From the NCBI GenBank assembly GCA_044866005.1, contig JBIOTN010000147.1:1-30750 (forward strand): a DNA stretch of 30,750 nt, written 5' to 3'. The stretch is from Candidatus Rokuibacteriota bacterium (lineage in GTDB: Bacteria > Methylomirabilota > Methylomirabilia > Rokubacteriales > DASRDR01). Positions 1 through 8,501 of this stretch are shown piece after piece. Position 1 is the first letter of the stretch; every line of letters begins with the position of its first letter. The position numbers and the translations under genes are program-made. Below the pieces are notes generated by a model, which saw nothing but the letters and a program-made list of their open reading frames with translations, was not told where the DNA came from and did no database searches.

Positions 1-1985
1 GTCTGCTTCACGTCGAGGGCGACGACCCGCTTGTCGCTGATCCGCGGCGTCACGGTCAGGATGATGCCGGCGTCCCGGTACTCGATGTTCTGCGTGAACA
101 CGCCGGTCGGCTGCTGCTGCTGGGCGAGCGGCGTGGTCGCCGTCTGCCCGACGATCTGGCCCGTGACGATGGGGATCGAGTTGCTGACGTTGATCACGGC
201 CTTCTTGTTCTCGGACGTCAGGATGTGGGGGCTGGAGAGGACGTTCAGCCGCCCGTAGTTGGCGTAGAGGTTGATCAGGCCCAGGAACCGGTCGGTCTCG
301 AAGATGAAGAAGGTCAGGCCCGACACCGGCGGGACGGTCACCGGGAGCCCGGGAAGCGTGGGCGTGGGGGGGCTCCCGGGCAGCAGGGGCCCCGGGGGGC
401 CGACGTCGACGCGGGAGACCGAGCCGACGTTGTACGGCTGACCGCCGACGCGGACGTTCTGCTGGCTCCGGAGCGTCCACTCCAGCCCCAGGTCGTTCTC
501 GTCGTCGAGCGTGATCTCGGCCACGAGGACCTCGATGAGGACCTGCTTCGGCGTGCGGTCGAGCTTCCGGATCGTGTCCTCGATGAGCGGCCAGTTCCGC
601 GGGAAGGTCGTGATGATGAGGGCGTTGTTCGGCTCGTCGGCCACCACCTTGACCTGCCCCTCGACGACGCCGGGCTCGCCCTCGGCGGCGGGCGCCCCCG
701 GGGGGGCCGGCGACGGGGTCGGCGTGGGGGTCGGCCCGGGCGGCGCGACGGTCGGCGGCCCGCCGGGATACGCGGGCGGGCCCGGCACGACCTCCCGGCG
801 CTCGGGGCGCGCGGCCGCCTCGCCGGGCCGTCCGAAGATCTCGGTGAGCGTCGCCGCCAGGTCCTTCGCCTTGACGTTCTCCACGTAGTAGACGAACACG
901 CGCTTGTTCGCCTGGGTGTCCACGTCGAGCTGGCCGAGGAGCTGCGCGACGATGTCGAGGTCGGCTCGGCGGCCCGACACGATCAGCGAGTTGGTGCGCT
1001 TGTCGGCGAGGATCAGCGGCGGCCGCTCCACGGTCTCGGCGGCCGGTGCGCCCGGGACCGCCGGCACCCCGGGGCGCGGGACGGCCGGCACGGCGGGCGC
1101 GGTAGGCAGCGTCGGCGTCCGGACCCGCCGGCCGGCGAAGAAGTCGTTGAGCATCTTCGCGACCTCGACCGCGTCCGCGTAACGGACCGGGATGATCCGC
1201 AGCTCGTCCAGCGCCGTCTCGACGTCGAGGACCGACACGATCTGGAGGAGACGCGCGACGTTCCCCGAGGTGTCGGTGATCATCAACACGTTGCCGTGCA
1301 CGACGACGTTCCCGCCCTGCACGAACGGACGGATCGCGGCCGCGATCCGGTCCGCCGTGACGTGGACGATCGGCACGATCTGGGTGATCACCTCGTCGTC
1401 GCGGCGGCTCGGGTCCGGCTGAGCGCCGATGATCGTGGGCAGCGGGCGCTCTCGCGCCGCGGCGATGGGGACGATCTTGTAGAGGTTGCCGGAGCGGATC
1501 GCCGTCACGCCGTTGACCTCGAGCACGGCGAGGAGGACGTTGAACACCTCGTCCTCGGGGATCCGGCCGGAGGTCTGCACGGTCACCTTCTTGCCCGCCA
1601 CCCCGGGCCCGAGCGTGTAGTTGAAGCCCACGATCTCGCTCGCTGCCTGGATCACCGCCTCGATGTCCGCGTTGTCGAAGTTCAGGACGATCTGGCGACC
1701 CCGGCCGGGCGCGGGCGGGCCGGGCCGGCTGGGGGCCGGCGGGCTCGGCGGGGGTGTCGGCGCGGCGGGGGCGGGGGACGGGGTCGGCGGGGCCGGCGCC
1801 GGGGCCTGGGCGACGCCGGGCGGGGCCGCCGGCGTCACGGGCTGGGCGGGAGAGGCAGGGGCGGCGGGAGCCGGCGTCCGGGGCCGGAGCGGGGGCGGGG
1901 ACACGACGTGAGTCTCGCGCCCGACGCACGCGGGCGCGAGCGTCGCGAGGGCCAGCAGGACCAGGCCACCCGGAAGGCGCCTCAC
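1..1985 (-). CDS. gspD: Type II secretion secretin GspD (3' end truncated by window edge), possible lipoprotein secretin
   Basis: Not in the ORF track because it is open at the edge. Manual translation from GTG 1985 (GTGA overlap with the gspC stop): MRRLPGGLVLLALATLAPAC, a Pro-rich linker, N0 'IVLNFDNADIEAVIQAASEIVGFNY', N-domain 'ELRIIPVRYADAVEVAKML', and secretin domain 'LDRTPKQVLIEVLVAEITL', 'LSSPHILTSENKKAVINV', 'IEYRDAGIILTVTPRI'. Confidence 0.95.
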   Translation of the reverse strand, partial: MRRLPGGLVLLALATLAPACVGRETHVVSPPPLRPRTPAPAAPASPAQPVTPAAPPGVAQAPAPAPPTPSPAPAAPTPPPSPPAPSRPGPPAPGRGRQIVLNFDNADIEAVIQAASEIVGFNYTLGPGVAGKKVTVQTSGRIPEDEVFNVLLAVLEVNGVTAIRSGNLYKIVPIAAARERPLPTIIGAQPDPSRRDDEVITQIVPIVHVTADRIAAAIRPFVQGGNVVVHGNVLMITDTSGNVARLLQIVSVLDVETALDELRIIPVRYADAVEVAKMLNDFFAGRRVRTPTLPTAPAVPAVPRPGVPAVPGAPAAETVERPPLILADKRTNSLIVSGRRADLDIVAQLLGQLDVDTQANKRVFVYYVENVKAKDLAATLTEIFGRPGEAAARPERREVVPGPPAYPGGPPTVAPPGPTPTPTPSPAPPGAPAAEGEPGVVEGQVKVVADEPNNALIITTFPRNWPLIEDTIRKLDRTPKQVLIEVLVAEITLDDENDLGLEWTLRSQQNVRVGGQPYNVGSVSRVDVGPPGPLLPGSPPTPTLPGLPVTVPPVSGLTFFIFETDRFLGLINLYANYGRLNVLSSPHILTSENKKAVINVSNSIPIVTGQIVGQTATTPLAQQQQPTGVFTQNIEYRDAGIILTVTPRISDKRVVALDVKQ

Positions 1986-2812
1986 GACCGGGACTCGCCG
2001 GGCGGCTGCGCCGGAAGCTGTCCCGAGGGTCCGGGCGCTCCGCCCGGCTGACGGAGCGGCGGCCGGCGAGGTCCCACGAACGGCGGCGAGGCGGCCGGCG
2101 GCGGAGCGGGCTGCGTCGGCACGACGCCTTCCTCGCCTTCTTCGCCCTGCCCCGGCGCGGGAACCTGGGGCGGCTGCAAGCCGTACGGCTGGACGCCGGC
2201 GGCCCCCGGGGCGCCGGGCGCCACCGGGAACCCGCCCGGCATCTGCGGCATCCCCGGCTGGGGCATCGTGGGCTGGACCGGCCGACCGGCGGCGGCGGGC
2301 GCCCCGGGCTTCGGCTTCGTTGGGTCGTGGAGGAGCACCTCGTAGACCTCGCCGCCGCGTCGGAGCACCACCCGGTCCGTGCGGATCTGCTCCACCCGGC
2401 TGTCGGCCACGGAGTCGCCCACCACATAGCCGAAGACCTTCCGGGTGCGCGGGTCCTCCAGATACGCCCGCGCGGTGCCGTCGCTCAGCACGACGCCGTA
2501 GAGGCGGGGCTTCGGCGCGGCCGGCGTCGGGCCGAGGCTGGCGGTGGTCGGCCTCGGAGGCTCGGGCCCGCTCTCCGTCCGCGTGGGGCTGAAGAGGTTC
2601 CGCTCGGCGACGACGGTGAACGCGGAGAGGGGGGGTGGCGGCCCCGCCTTCGGCGACGCGGCCGGCGTCTGGGGCGCGGCCGCCGTCGCGTCCCCCGCCA
2701 TGGGGCCCGCGCTCGCCGGGTCGGTCGTCCAGACCCGGTAGAGGTGGACGGAGAGGCCGCCGATCGCGAGCACCAGCAGGAGGTCGGCGGCGAGGAGGAG
2801 CCGGTTCAGCAT
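1982..2812 (-). CDS. gspC: GspC-like T2SS protein (N-terminal TM, HR domain, Pro-rich tail, no PDZ)
   Basis: N-terminal TM; 'ERNLFSP'; HR-like 'PRLYGVVLSDGTARAYLED...GDSVADSRVEQIRTDRVVLRRGG'; directly upstream of the secretin. Confidence 0.75.
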   Translation of the reverse strand: MLNRLLLAADLLLVLAIGGLSVHLYRVWTTDPASAGPMAGDATAAAPQTPAASPKAGPPPPLSAFTVVAERNLFSPTRTESGPEPPRPTTASLGPTPAAPKPRLYGVVLSDGTARAYLEDPRTRKVFGYVVGDSVADSRVEQIRTDRVVLRRGGEVYEVLLHDPTKPKPGAPAAAGRPVQPTMPQPGMPQMPGGFPVAPGAPGAAGVQPYGLQPPQVPAPGQGEEGEEGVVPTQPAPPPAASPPFVGPRRPPLRQPGGAPGPSGQLPAQPPGESRS

Positions 2813-2851
2813 GGGTCCGCCGGGGCCGGATGCGTCGGCGCGCCCACGGCC

Positions 2852-3463
2852 TCAGGCCCCCGGTCGCCGCGCGGGCTCGCGGCCCGGCCGCGGCTCCGAC
2901 TCGCCCGCCGTGGCGATGTACCCGCTCACGGCGAGCGTCGCGAGGAGCTCCCGGGGCGTGCCGATCGAGACGACACGCAGCTTGAGGTCCTGAACGCTCA
3001 TCTGGACCGGGACCTGCTCGAGACGGTAGAGGAACGCGACGATCCCCCGGATGGGGCCCGACAGCGTGACCTCGACGGGCACCTCCGTGTACCCGCCCCG
3101 GTCGGTCGCCGGCAGGACACGCTCGCTCCGCACCTCGACACCGGTGTCGTCGGCCCGGCTCTTCACGATCTTCTGCAGCTCCGACGCGGCCAGCGGGGGC
3201 TTGTCGCCCGCGAGCAGCCGCTTCCGGCGGTCGGCGATCTCGGTCCGTAGCGCCTGCCGCTCCTGCGCGTAGCGGTCGCGGCGCGCGAGCAGCCGTTCCT
3301 GGCGTGCCAGCAGCGCCTCCCGCGCCGCGATGAGTCCCTGGACCCGTTCGTGGCGCTCGACCAGCGGCTCGACCACGTACATGTAGCCGAGGACCAGGAC
3401 GGCGACGATCGCGCCGAAGATCAGGAGCCGGCGCTCGCGCGGCTGGAGCGTCGGCCTGGTCAC
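2852..3463 (-). CDS. gspM: T2SS protein GspM (PilO-like)
   Basis: GTG 3463 overlaps the gspL stop (GTGA); 'LQPRERRLL' then TM, coiled coil, and 'EVPVEVTLSGPIRGIVAFLYRLE' ferredoxin-like domain. Confidence 0.85.
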   Translation of the reverse strand: MTRPTLQPRERRLLIFGAIVAVLVLGYMYVVEPLVERHERVQGLIAAREALLARQERLLARRDRYAQERQALRTEIADRRKRLLAGDKPPLAASELQKIVKSRADDTGVEVRSERVLPATDRGGYTEVPVEVTLSGPIRGIVAFLYRLEQVPVQMSVQDLKLRVVSIGTPRELLATLAVSGYIATAGESEPRPGREPARRPGA

Positions 3464-4899
3464 GGGGTCCTCGGAGCCCGGCCCGGGCGAGCCGGGCGGG
3501 TCGGGCCGGTCGGTCGGGTCGCGTCCTCCGCCGCGGGCTCCGGGGTCACCCCGGGCGGGCGCTCCCAGGTCGCCTTGAGACGGAACTGCTCGCGGTCGCG
3601 GCCCTTCGTCACCGGGGAAGTGAACTCGACGCGCTCGAGGCCCGGGGAGGCCTCGAGCAACGGGATGAGCTGCGACGCGGCGTTCGCGAAGCCGGCGAGC
3701 TCGATCCCCTTCCGATCGACCGAGAGGTTCGTGAGCCAGACGTCGGGCGGGAGCATCTCGGTCAGCTCCCGGAGAAACGGCAGCGCCCGCACGTGCTGCG
3801 CCTCGAAGCTCCGGAGCGTCTCCACCTCGCGGCGCGCGCGCTCGACCTCCGCCGCGAGCTCCTCCGCCCGCCGGACGTCGGTGGCGACGCCCTCGATGGC
3901 GCGGTTCAGCGCCAGCAGCCGCCGTTCGTCCCGGATCGCGGTCAGGGCGGGGACGGCCAGTGCCAGGAGAAGCGCGATCGCGGCGAGCGCCGCCGTCACC
4001 GCCACCGGCCACGGGAACGGTCGCGGCCGCAGCTCTTGCGGCATGAGGTTCGTCCGCAGGGCGCCCTTGGTCGGCTCGCGCAGCGCCACGGCGAGGGCGG
4101 GGACGAAACGCGCGTCGATGGGGACGCCGTCGAGTCCGGCCGGCAGGGGCGCGCCGACGTGGAGCGGCAGCTCCGCCCAGTCCGCCGGCGGCAGCGGGCC
4201 GCCCAGGACCGTCACGTCGGCCACTCCCTCGCGCTCCTCGAGGCGCAGCCCGCCGAGGCTGCGGCGCAGCTCCTCCGCGAGCGCGTGGCCGCGCTCCTTC
4301 GGCTCCGCGGGAAGCGGAAACGCCCGGCTCAGGAGCGGCCGGCCAGCTCGCACGATGGCCAGCTCCGCCTCGTCCGCCTCGACGATCACGAAGACCCGGA
4401 CCTCACGCGCCTCGGCGCCGGCGCCGGGCGAGGCGAGGAGCGCGATCCCGTGGCTCGCGACGTCCACGAGCCGCAGGACGAGGCCCGCCTCGCGGGTGAG
4501 CTGGACGACGCGCTCGAAGACCCGCCGCTCCGCGGCCACCAGGAGCACCCGCACCGGCTGCCCCGGTGTCTCGGCGATCACGTGGAAGTCGAAGACCGCG
4601 TCCGAGGGCGGGAAGGGGAGGTGGCGCTCCAGCTCGAACCCCACCATCCGCCGGAGGTCCGCCCCGGCCACGGCCGGCAGCTCGATCGCCTTGGCGATCG
4701 CGCGTCGTCGCGGGATCGCCACGTGTGCCCGGCGCGCGCGCACGCCGAGCTCCCGCAGCTTCGCGCGGAGAGCGGCCTCCACTTCCTCCCCGACGGGCAG
4801 GGTGAAGCTGTGCAGCACGCGCGTGTCGCGGAACCGGCGACGGACCACGACGCACTCCAGCCGGTCCTCGTGAAAGGCGAGCCCGACGACGTCGCTCAT
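3460..4899 (-). CDS. gspL: T2SS protein GspL (PilM-like cytoplasmic domain, TM, PilN-like domain)
   Basis: 'ELPAVAGADLRRMVGFELERHLPF', 'TNLMPQE', TM, then 'LRELTEMLPPDVWLTNL...LEASPGLERVEFTSPV'. Confidence 0.85.
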   Translation of the reverse strand: MSDVVGLAFHEDRLECVVVRRRFRDTRVLHSFTLPVGEEVEAALRAKLRELGVRARRAHVAIPRRRAIAKAIELPAVAGADLRRMVGFELERHLPFPPSDAVFDFHVIAETPGQPVRVLLVAAERRVFERVVQLTREAGLVLRLVDVASHGIALLASPGAGAEAREVRVFVIVEADEAELAIVRAGRPLLSRAFPLPAEPKERGHALAEELRRSLGGLRLEEREGVADVTVLGGPLPPADWAELPLHVGAPLPAGLDGVPIDARFVPALAVALREPTKGALRTNLMPQELRPRPFPWPVAVTAALAAIALLLALAVPALTAIRDERRLLALNRAIEGVATDVRRAEELAAEVERARREVETLRSFEAQHVRALPFLRELTEMLPPDVWLTNLSVDRKGIELAGFANAASQLIPLLEASPGLERVEFTSPVTKGRDREQFRLKATWERPPGVTPEPAAEDATRPTGPTRPARPGRAPRTP

Positions 4900-5084
4900 G
4901 CGCGTCCCCTGCGCGACGGATCGGGCGGCGTGGCGGCCACGCTACCGGTCCGAGTCCCGCGGTTGAGGCCGGGCGAGGACCCCAGGGGCCGGGACGGGCG
5001 CGAGGCCCGAGGCCGAGCGCCTCCCGGCCGTGACGCAGGACGCCGGGATCCGACGAGAATCGGGCCGGGGCCGGGGCGACTCAT
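4896..5084 (-). CDS. Putative 62-aa repeat-derived spacer mini-ORF between gspK and gspL
   Basis: ATG 5084 overlaps the gspK stop (ATGA) and its TGA overlaps the gspL ATG (ATGA); MSRPGPGPILVGSRRPASRPGGARPRASRPSRPLGSSPGLNRGTRTGSVAATPPDPSRRGRA. Confidence 0.45.
   Translation of the reverse strand: MSRPGPGPILVGSRRPASRPGGARPRASRPSRPLGSSPGLNRGTRTGSVAATPPDPSRRGRA
4965..5055 (-). repeat. Dispersed repeat, module A, inverted copy
   Basis: Reverse complement of 4972-5043 matches 6747-6818 at 66/72 nt ungapped (manual alignment). Confidence 0.9.
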
Positions 5085-6097
5085 GGGCGGGGCTGCTCCT
5101 CGTCGGCCCAGCGCCAGTAGAGCGGCCGCGCCCGGGTCATGCCGTCCTGACCGGCTTGTCGCTGGACGATGGCGACGAGCGTGCGGCGGCCCTGGCCGGG
5201 GACCTCCCCGGTCGCCTCGATGCGGAAGGTGTCCGACCGGGTGGTCTGGCGGCCGCCCCGGCCGCGAAGCTGCGTGCCGAGCGTCGTGAGGTTCAGGTAG
5301 GGGCGCCCCTGCTTGAGAAGGGTGATCTCGGCCTCGCCGAAGCCCATCGTCCGGAGGACGGTGTCGCTCGCGGTGTTGAGGTTGACGGCGCCGGTGCCGG
5401 CGATGGTGAGGCAGCCGGCGAGCCCCCGGCACTTCCCCGGCTCGGGCTCCTGCGTCCCGTAGAAGAGCGCCGGCGTCACGCCGCGGACCTGGAGCAGCTC
5501 TTCCAGGCTGTCGAAGTCGGCGTTCTTCGAGCGATACGGCGCCGGCAGCCCGAGGTAGTAGTCGCTCTCGGCGCCGTTCAGCCGGTGCTCCTCGTTCGGG
5601 TCGCGCCAGTCCATGATGGAGTCCACGATCACGTCGCGCGCGTCGCGCTCGATCGCGAACTCCGGCTGCGACAGCAGACGATGGAGGAGCTCGGGCGGCG
5701 CGCGGTTGATGTTGAGGCGCCCTTCCTCGTCGGTGATGCGATACGAGAACCGGCCCGGGCCGAGCGCGAGCTCCCGGCGGGACGGAGCCTTGGGCGATTC
5801 CACGATCGCCCGGCGGAAGACCAGGAGCCCCTCCTCGTCGAGCTGCTGGGCGAGGGCCTCGGGGAGGATCTCGGCCACGGCGCGCTGGTACGCCGCCTCG
5901 GCGAGGTAGCCGGCCGTGATGCCGGCGCGGAAGTTGAGGGTGGTGGTCCCCTCGAGCCGCATCGCGAGCGAGAACTCGCCCACCACCATCAGCATCAGCG
6001 CGAGGACCAGCAGCACGATGATCAGCGCCATGCCCCGCTCGGCGTCGCGCCGCCCCGGCCGTGATGCAGGACGCCGGGATGCGACGGTTATGGGCAC
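5081..6097 (-). CDS. gspK: Minor pseudopilin GspK
   Basis: 'ERG|MALIIVLLVLALM' prepilin-type N-terminus without E5, as expected for GspK; 'ITDEEGRLNIN', 'DSIMDWRDP', 'FDSLEELLQVRGVT', 'VNLNTAS'. Start uncertain; GTG 6097 is the nearest in-frame start upstream of the cleavage site at 6031. Confidence 0.9.
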   Translation of the reverse strand: MPITVASRRPASRPGRRDAERGMALIIVLLVLALMLMVVGEFSLAMRLEGTTTLNFRAGITAGYLAEAAYQRAVAEILPEALAQQLDEEGLLVFRRAIVESPKAPSRRELALGPGRFSYRITDEEGRLNINRAPPELLHRLLSQPEFAIERDARDVIVDSIMDWRDPNEEHRLNGAESDYYLGLPAPYRSKNADFDSLEELLQVRGVTPALFYGTQEPEPGKCRGLAGCLTIAGTGAVNLNTASDTVLRTMGFGEAEITLLKQGRPYLNLTTLGTQLRGRGGRQTTRSDTFRIEATGEVPGQGRRTLVAIVQRQAGQDGMTRARPLYWRWADEEQPRP

Positions 6098-6100
6098 GGC
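6054..6100 (-). repeat. Dispersed repeat, partial inverted copy (end motif plus start of module A) in the gspK leader
   Basis: cccggccgtgatgcaggacgccgggatgcgacg closely matches cccggccgtgacgcaggacgccgggatccgacg at about 5023-5055; 6070-6100 also matches 8480-8510. Confidence 0.8.
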
Positions 6101-6113
6101 AGAGGTCGGCGCA

Positions 6114-6911
6114 TCAGGCGGCCACCTTACCGAGCGCGATCGGGACCACGAAGGCGGCGCCCCGGTCGGGTCGGCCCCGGCTCTGGATCGTGAGCTCGAC
6201 GCGCACCGCGGTGGGGAGCCCCGCGGCGGTCTTGCCGTCCCAGCGCGACTGCCAGAGCCCACGGTCGTCCCGGTACTCGAGCTTGAACGCGGTGACGGAC
6301 CGCGACAGGACGGTGCCGGTCCCTCCCGCCAGCGGCTCCTCGGCCGGGACGAGCCGCTCGACCAGGCGGAGCTCGCTCCCGCCGGCGTGGCGGAGCACGA
6401 CCGCGTGGAAGGGCGACACGGGGACGTCGAGCGTCAGGGGGGGGGACGCCGTCACGAAGGCGACCTCGTCGGCCTCGCCCTGGAAGAGGACCACGCGCTC
6501 GACGCCGCCCGTGGCCTGGCCGCGGTACGGGTAGGCCGCGGCCAGCGCGTCCGTCAGCAGCTCCACGATGGCGCGGACCTCCTGCTGGCTGGCCGCGCGC
6601 CGCTCCCCGACCTCCCACGCGCGCACCCCGACCCGCAGACTCGCCACGAGCACCACGACGATGACCGCGAGGATGGAAAAGGCGAGCAGCACCTCGAGCA
6701 GGGTCATCCCCCGTGCGCCGCCCGCGCCGATCCCGGTCGCATCTCCGCGTCCGGCATCACGGCCGGGACGCGGTCGGCCTCGGGCCTCGCGCCCGTCCCG
6801 GCCGCCGGGGTCCTCGCCGGCCCTCCTTATAGGGCTGGGTGGGGGGTCCGGCATACGCCTGGGCGCGCCTCCACCATGCGTTCTGGATCTGCTGGGGGAT
6901 CGGCCCGTCAT
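6114..6911 (-). CDS. gspJ: Minor pseudopilin GspJ with 68-aa leader
   Basis: 'ARG|MTLLEVLLAFSIL' N-methylation motif at 6707; C-terminal 'LPTAVRVELTI'; ATG 6911 overlaps the gspI stop (ATGA). Confidence 0.9.
   Translation of the reverse strand: MTGRSPSRSRTHGGGAPRRMPDPPPSPIRRAGEDPGGRDGREARGRPRPGRDAGRGDATGIGAGGARGMTLLEVLLAFSILAVIVVVLVASLRVGVRAWEVGERRAASQQEVRAIVELLTDALAAAYPYRGQATGGVERVVLFQGEADEVAFVTASPPLTLDVPVSPFHAVVLRHAGGSELRLVERLVPAEEPLAGGTGTVLSRSVTAFKLEYRDDRGLWQSRWDGKTAAGLPTAVRVELTIQSRGRPDRGAAFVVPIALGKVAA
6733..6907 (+). repeat. Dispersed repeat, composite copy (end motif + module A + module B) in the gspJ leader
   Basis: Module A (6747-6818) matches 4972-5043 inverted and about 7308-7372 direct; module B (6822-6907) matches 8363-8448 at 70/86 nt ungapped. 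Confidence 0.9.
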
Positions 6912-7432
6912 GGGTTGGCCCGCCAGGCGCGCAGCGTGACCAGCTCGACCCTGCGGTTCTTCCCCCAGCGCACCTCGACGCTGACCCGGGCGAGCCGCAC
7001 GCGCCCGGTCGAGGTCGCGGAGGGCTCGAGCGGGAGCAGGGCCGGCTCGAGCGCCACCCGGCGCGTCCAGCGATACTCCCCCTCGATGCCCTCGCTGGCG
7101 CCCTCTTCCGGCGTGTCGAGCGCGAGCTCCGACAGCTTGGCGCTCGCCAGGAGCGTCGCCGCGAGCTGGTCGCTCGAGGCCTGCGCCAGCCGAAGGCCGC
7201 CGCCGAAGAGCTGGAGGACGGCCACGACGGCGGACGCGAGGACGACGAGGGCGACCAGCACCTCCATCAACGTGAACCCTCGCGAGCCGATACCCCTCGC
7301 CCCGGGTCGTCCGGCATCACGGCCGGGACGCGTTCGGCCTCCGGCCTCGCGGCGGTCCTGGCCTCCGGGGTCGCCGGCGGGCGGCACACGCCTCGGCCCG
7401 TGGTCTCGGCTCGCGAGGCGCATCGGCCTCAC
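6908..7432 (-). CDS. gspI: Minor pseudopilin GspI with 52-aa leader
   Basis: 'SRG|FTLMEVLVALVVLA' at 7276; 'RVSVEVRWG' C-terminus; GTG 7432 overlaps the gspH stop (GTGA). Confidence 0.9.
   Translation of the reverse strand: MRPMRLASRDHGPRRVPPAGDPGGQDRREAGGRTRPGRDAGRPGARGIGSRGFTLMEVLVALVVLASAVVAVLQLFGGGLRLAQASSDQLAATLLASAKLSELALDTPEEGASEGIEGEYRWTRRVALEPALLPLEPSATSTGRVRLARVSVEVRWGKNRRVELVTLRAWRANP
7308..7400 (+). repeat. Dispersed repeat, module A plus fragment of module B, in the gspI leader
   Basis: cgtccggcatcacggccgggacgcg is identical to 6748-6772; cggcacacgcctcggcccg resembles the module B core cggcatacgcctcggcccg. Confidence 0.85.
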
Positions 7433-7896
7433 GAGCGCGCCTCCGGGCCCACGGTGACGCGGCCGCTCACGGCGTCGACCTCGATGGCGAGGCGCCTTCC
7501 GCCGGGACCCTCGAGGAGCCAGCGCGTCTCGCGCGTGAGCCCGCGCGGGGAGAAGCCGAGCGACTCGCCGCCTGCCGCGACGGTCAGCCGGAGGCCGGTC
7601 GGGAGCGTGAGCTGGCGGAGCGGGTGGTCGGGGTCTCCGGCCGTCAGCACGACGGTGTTCCGGACGCGGTCGAGGGCGACGCGCGTCGAGCGCCGCTGGG
7701 TCACGGCCCGCTGCCGGGCTTCACGCAGGAGCGCGGCGACGCGGCCGGCCTCGCTGCGCAGCCGGAGACCTTCCGTCCCGCGGCCGACCGCGGGGAGCAC
7801 GATGGCCGCCACGACGGTGAGGATCGCGAGGACGACCACGATCTCGACGAGCGTGAAGCCCGCGCGCGGGCGGGCGCGCCCTCCCCGGCCGTCCAT
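7429..7896 (-). CDS. gspH: Minor pseudopilin GspH (FimT-like)
   Basis: ATG 7896 overlaps the gspG stop (TGATG); short leader MDGRGGRARPRAG|FTLVEIVVVLAIL; 'LLREARQRAV', 'FSPRG'. Confidence 0.9.
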   Translation of the reverse strand: MDGRGGRARPRAGFTLVEIVVVLAILTVVAAIVLPAVGRGTEGLRLRSEAGRVAALLREARQRAVTQRRSTRVALDRVRNTVVLTAGDPDHPLRQLTLPTGLRLTVAAGGESLGFSPRGLTRETRWLLEGPGGRRLAIEVDAVSGRVTVGPEARS

Positions 7897-8501
7897 CAGC
7901 TCTGCTTGCCCTCCCGTCCCCAGCTCATGATGTCGGCGGCCTCGCCTTCGCCGCCCGGCGTGTTGTCGCTCCCGTAGGACCAGAGGTCGTACTCGCCGTG
8001 GTCGCCCGGGCTCTTGTACTGGTAGCCGTTGCCCCACGGATCGCGCGGGACGTCCTTCTTGAGGTACGGTCCCTCCCAGCCGGCCACGTTCCCGGGGTTC
8101 ACCTGGAGCGCCTGGAGGCCTTCCTGCGTCGCCGGGTAGCGTCCGGTGTCGAGCTTGAACTGATCGAGGGCGGCGCCGAGCAGCTCGATCTGGACGCGGG
8201 CCGCCGCCTGCTTGGACTGCCCGACCCGGCCGAAGAACCGTGGCCCCACGAGCGCGGCCAGCAGGCCCAGGATGATGACCACAACGAGCAATTCGATCAG
8301 CGTGAACCCACGCTGGCCGCCCCGACGACCGTTGCATCTCTGCGTCCTCGGTCGTCGGCGGGCCTCCTCATAGGGCGGGGTGGAGGGGCCGGCATACGCC
8401 TCGGCCCGGCTCCTCCCTGCGTCCTTGCTCTGCTCGGTTCTCGGCCCGGCTAGGGATCGAGAGCTCGCCCTGACCATGCGACGCCGGGATGCGAAGCTCA
8501 T
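7896..8501 (-). CDS. gspG: Major pseudopilin GspG with about 65-aa leader
   Basis: 'QRG|FTLIELLVVVIILGLLAALVGP' at 8306; 'ALDQFKLDTGRYP', 'WEGPYLKKDVPRDPWGNGYQY', 'YDLWSYGSDNTPGGEGEAADI'. In-frame starts after the gspF stop are at 8507, 8501 and 8477. Confidence 0.95.
   Translation of the reverse strand: MSFASRRRMVRASSRSLAGPRTEQSKDAGRSRAEAYAGPSTPPYEEARRRPRTQRCNGRRGGQRGFTLIELLVVVIILGLLAALVGPRFFGRVGQSKQAAARVQIELLGAALDQFKLDTGRYPATQEGLQALQVNPGNVAGWEGPYLKKDVPRDPWGNGYQYKSPGDHGEYDLWSYGSDNTPGGEGEAADIMSWGREGKQS

Noticed and set aside
225..2051. 608-aa plus-strand ORF and many other long antisense or alternate-frame ORFs (e.g. 12768-14834, 14561-16627, 27179-29098)
   Set aside because: Shadow ORFs of real genes in very high-GC DNA; low-complexity R/G/P translations with no family motifs.
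7897..8337. N-terminal extension of the gspH ORF from ATG 8337
   Set aside because: Overlaps gspG out of frame; gspH has a coupled ATG at 7896 and a normal leader. A 1-nt deletion near 8337 would give GspG a short MQRRRGGQRG-like leader, but nothing in the sequence shows an error and an open in-frame leader exists.
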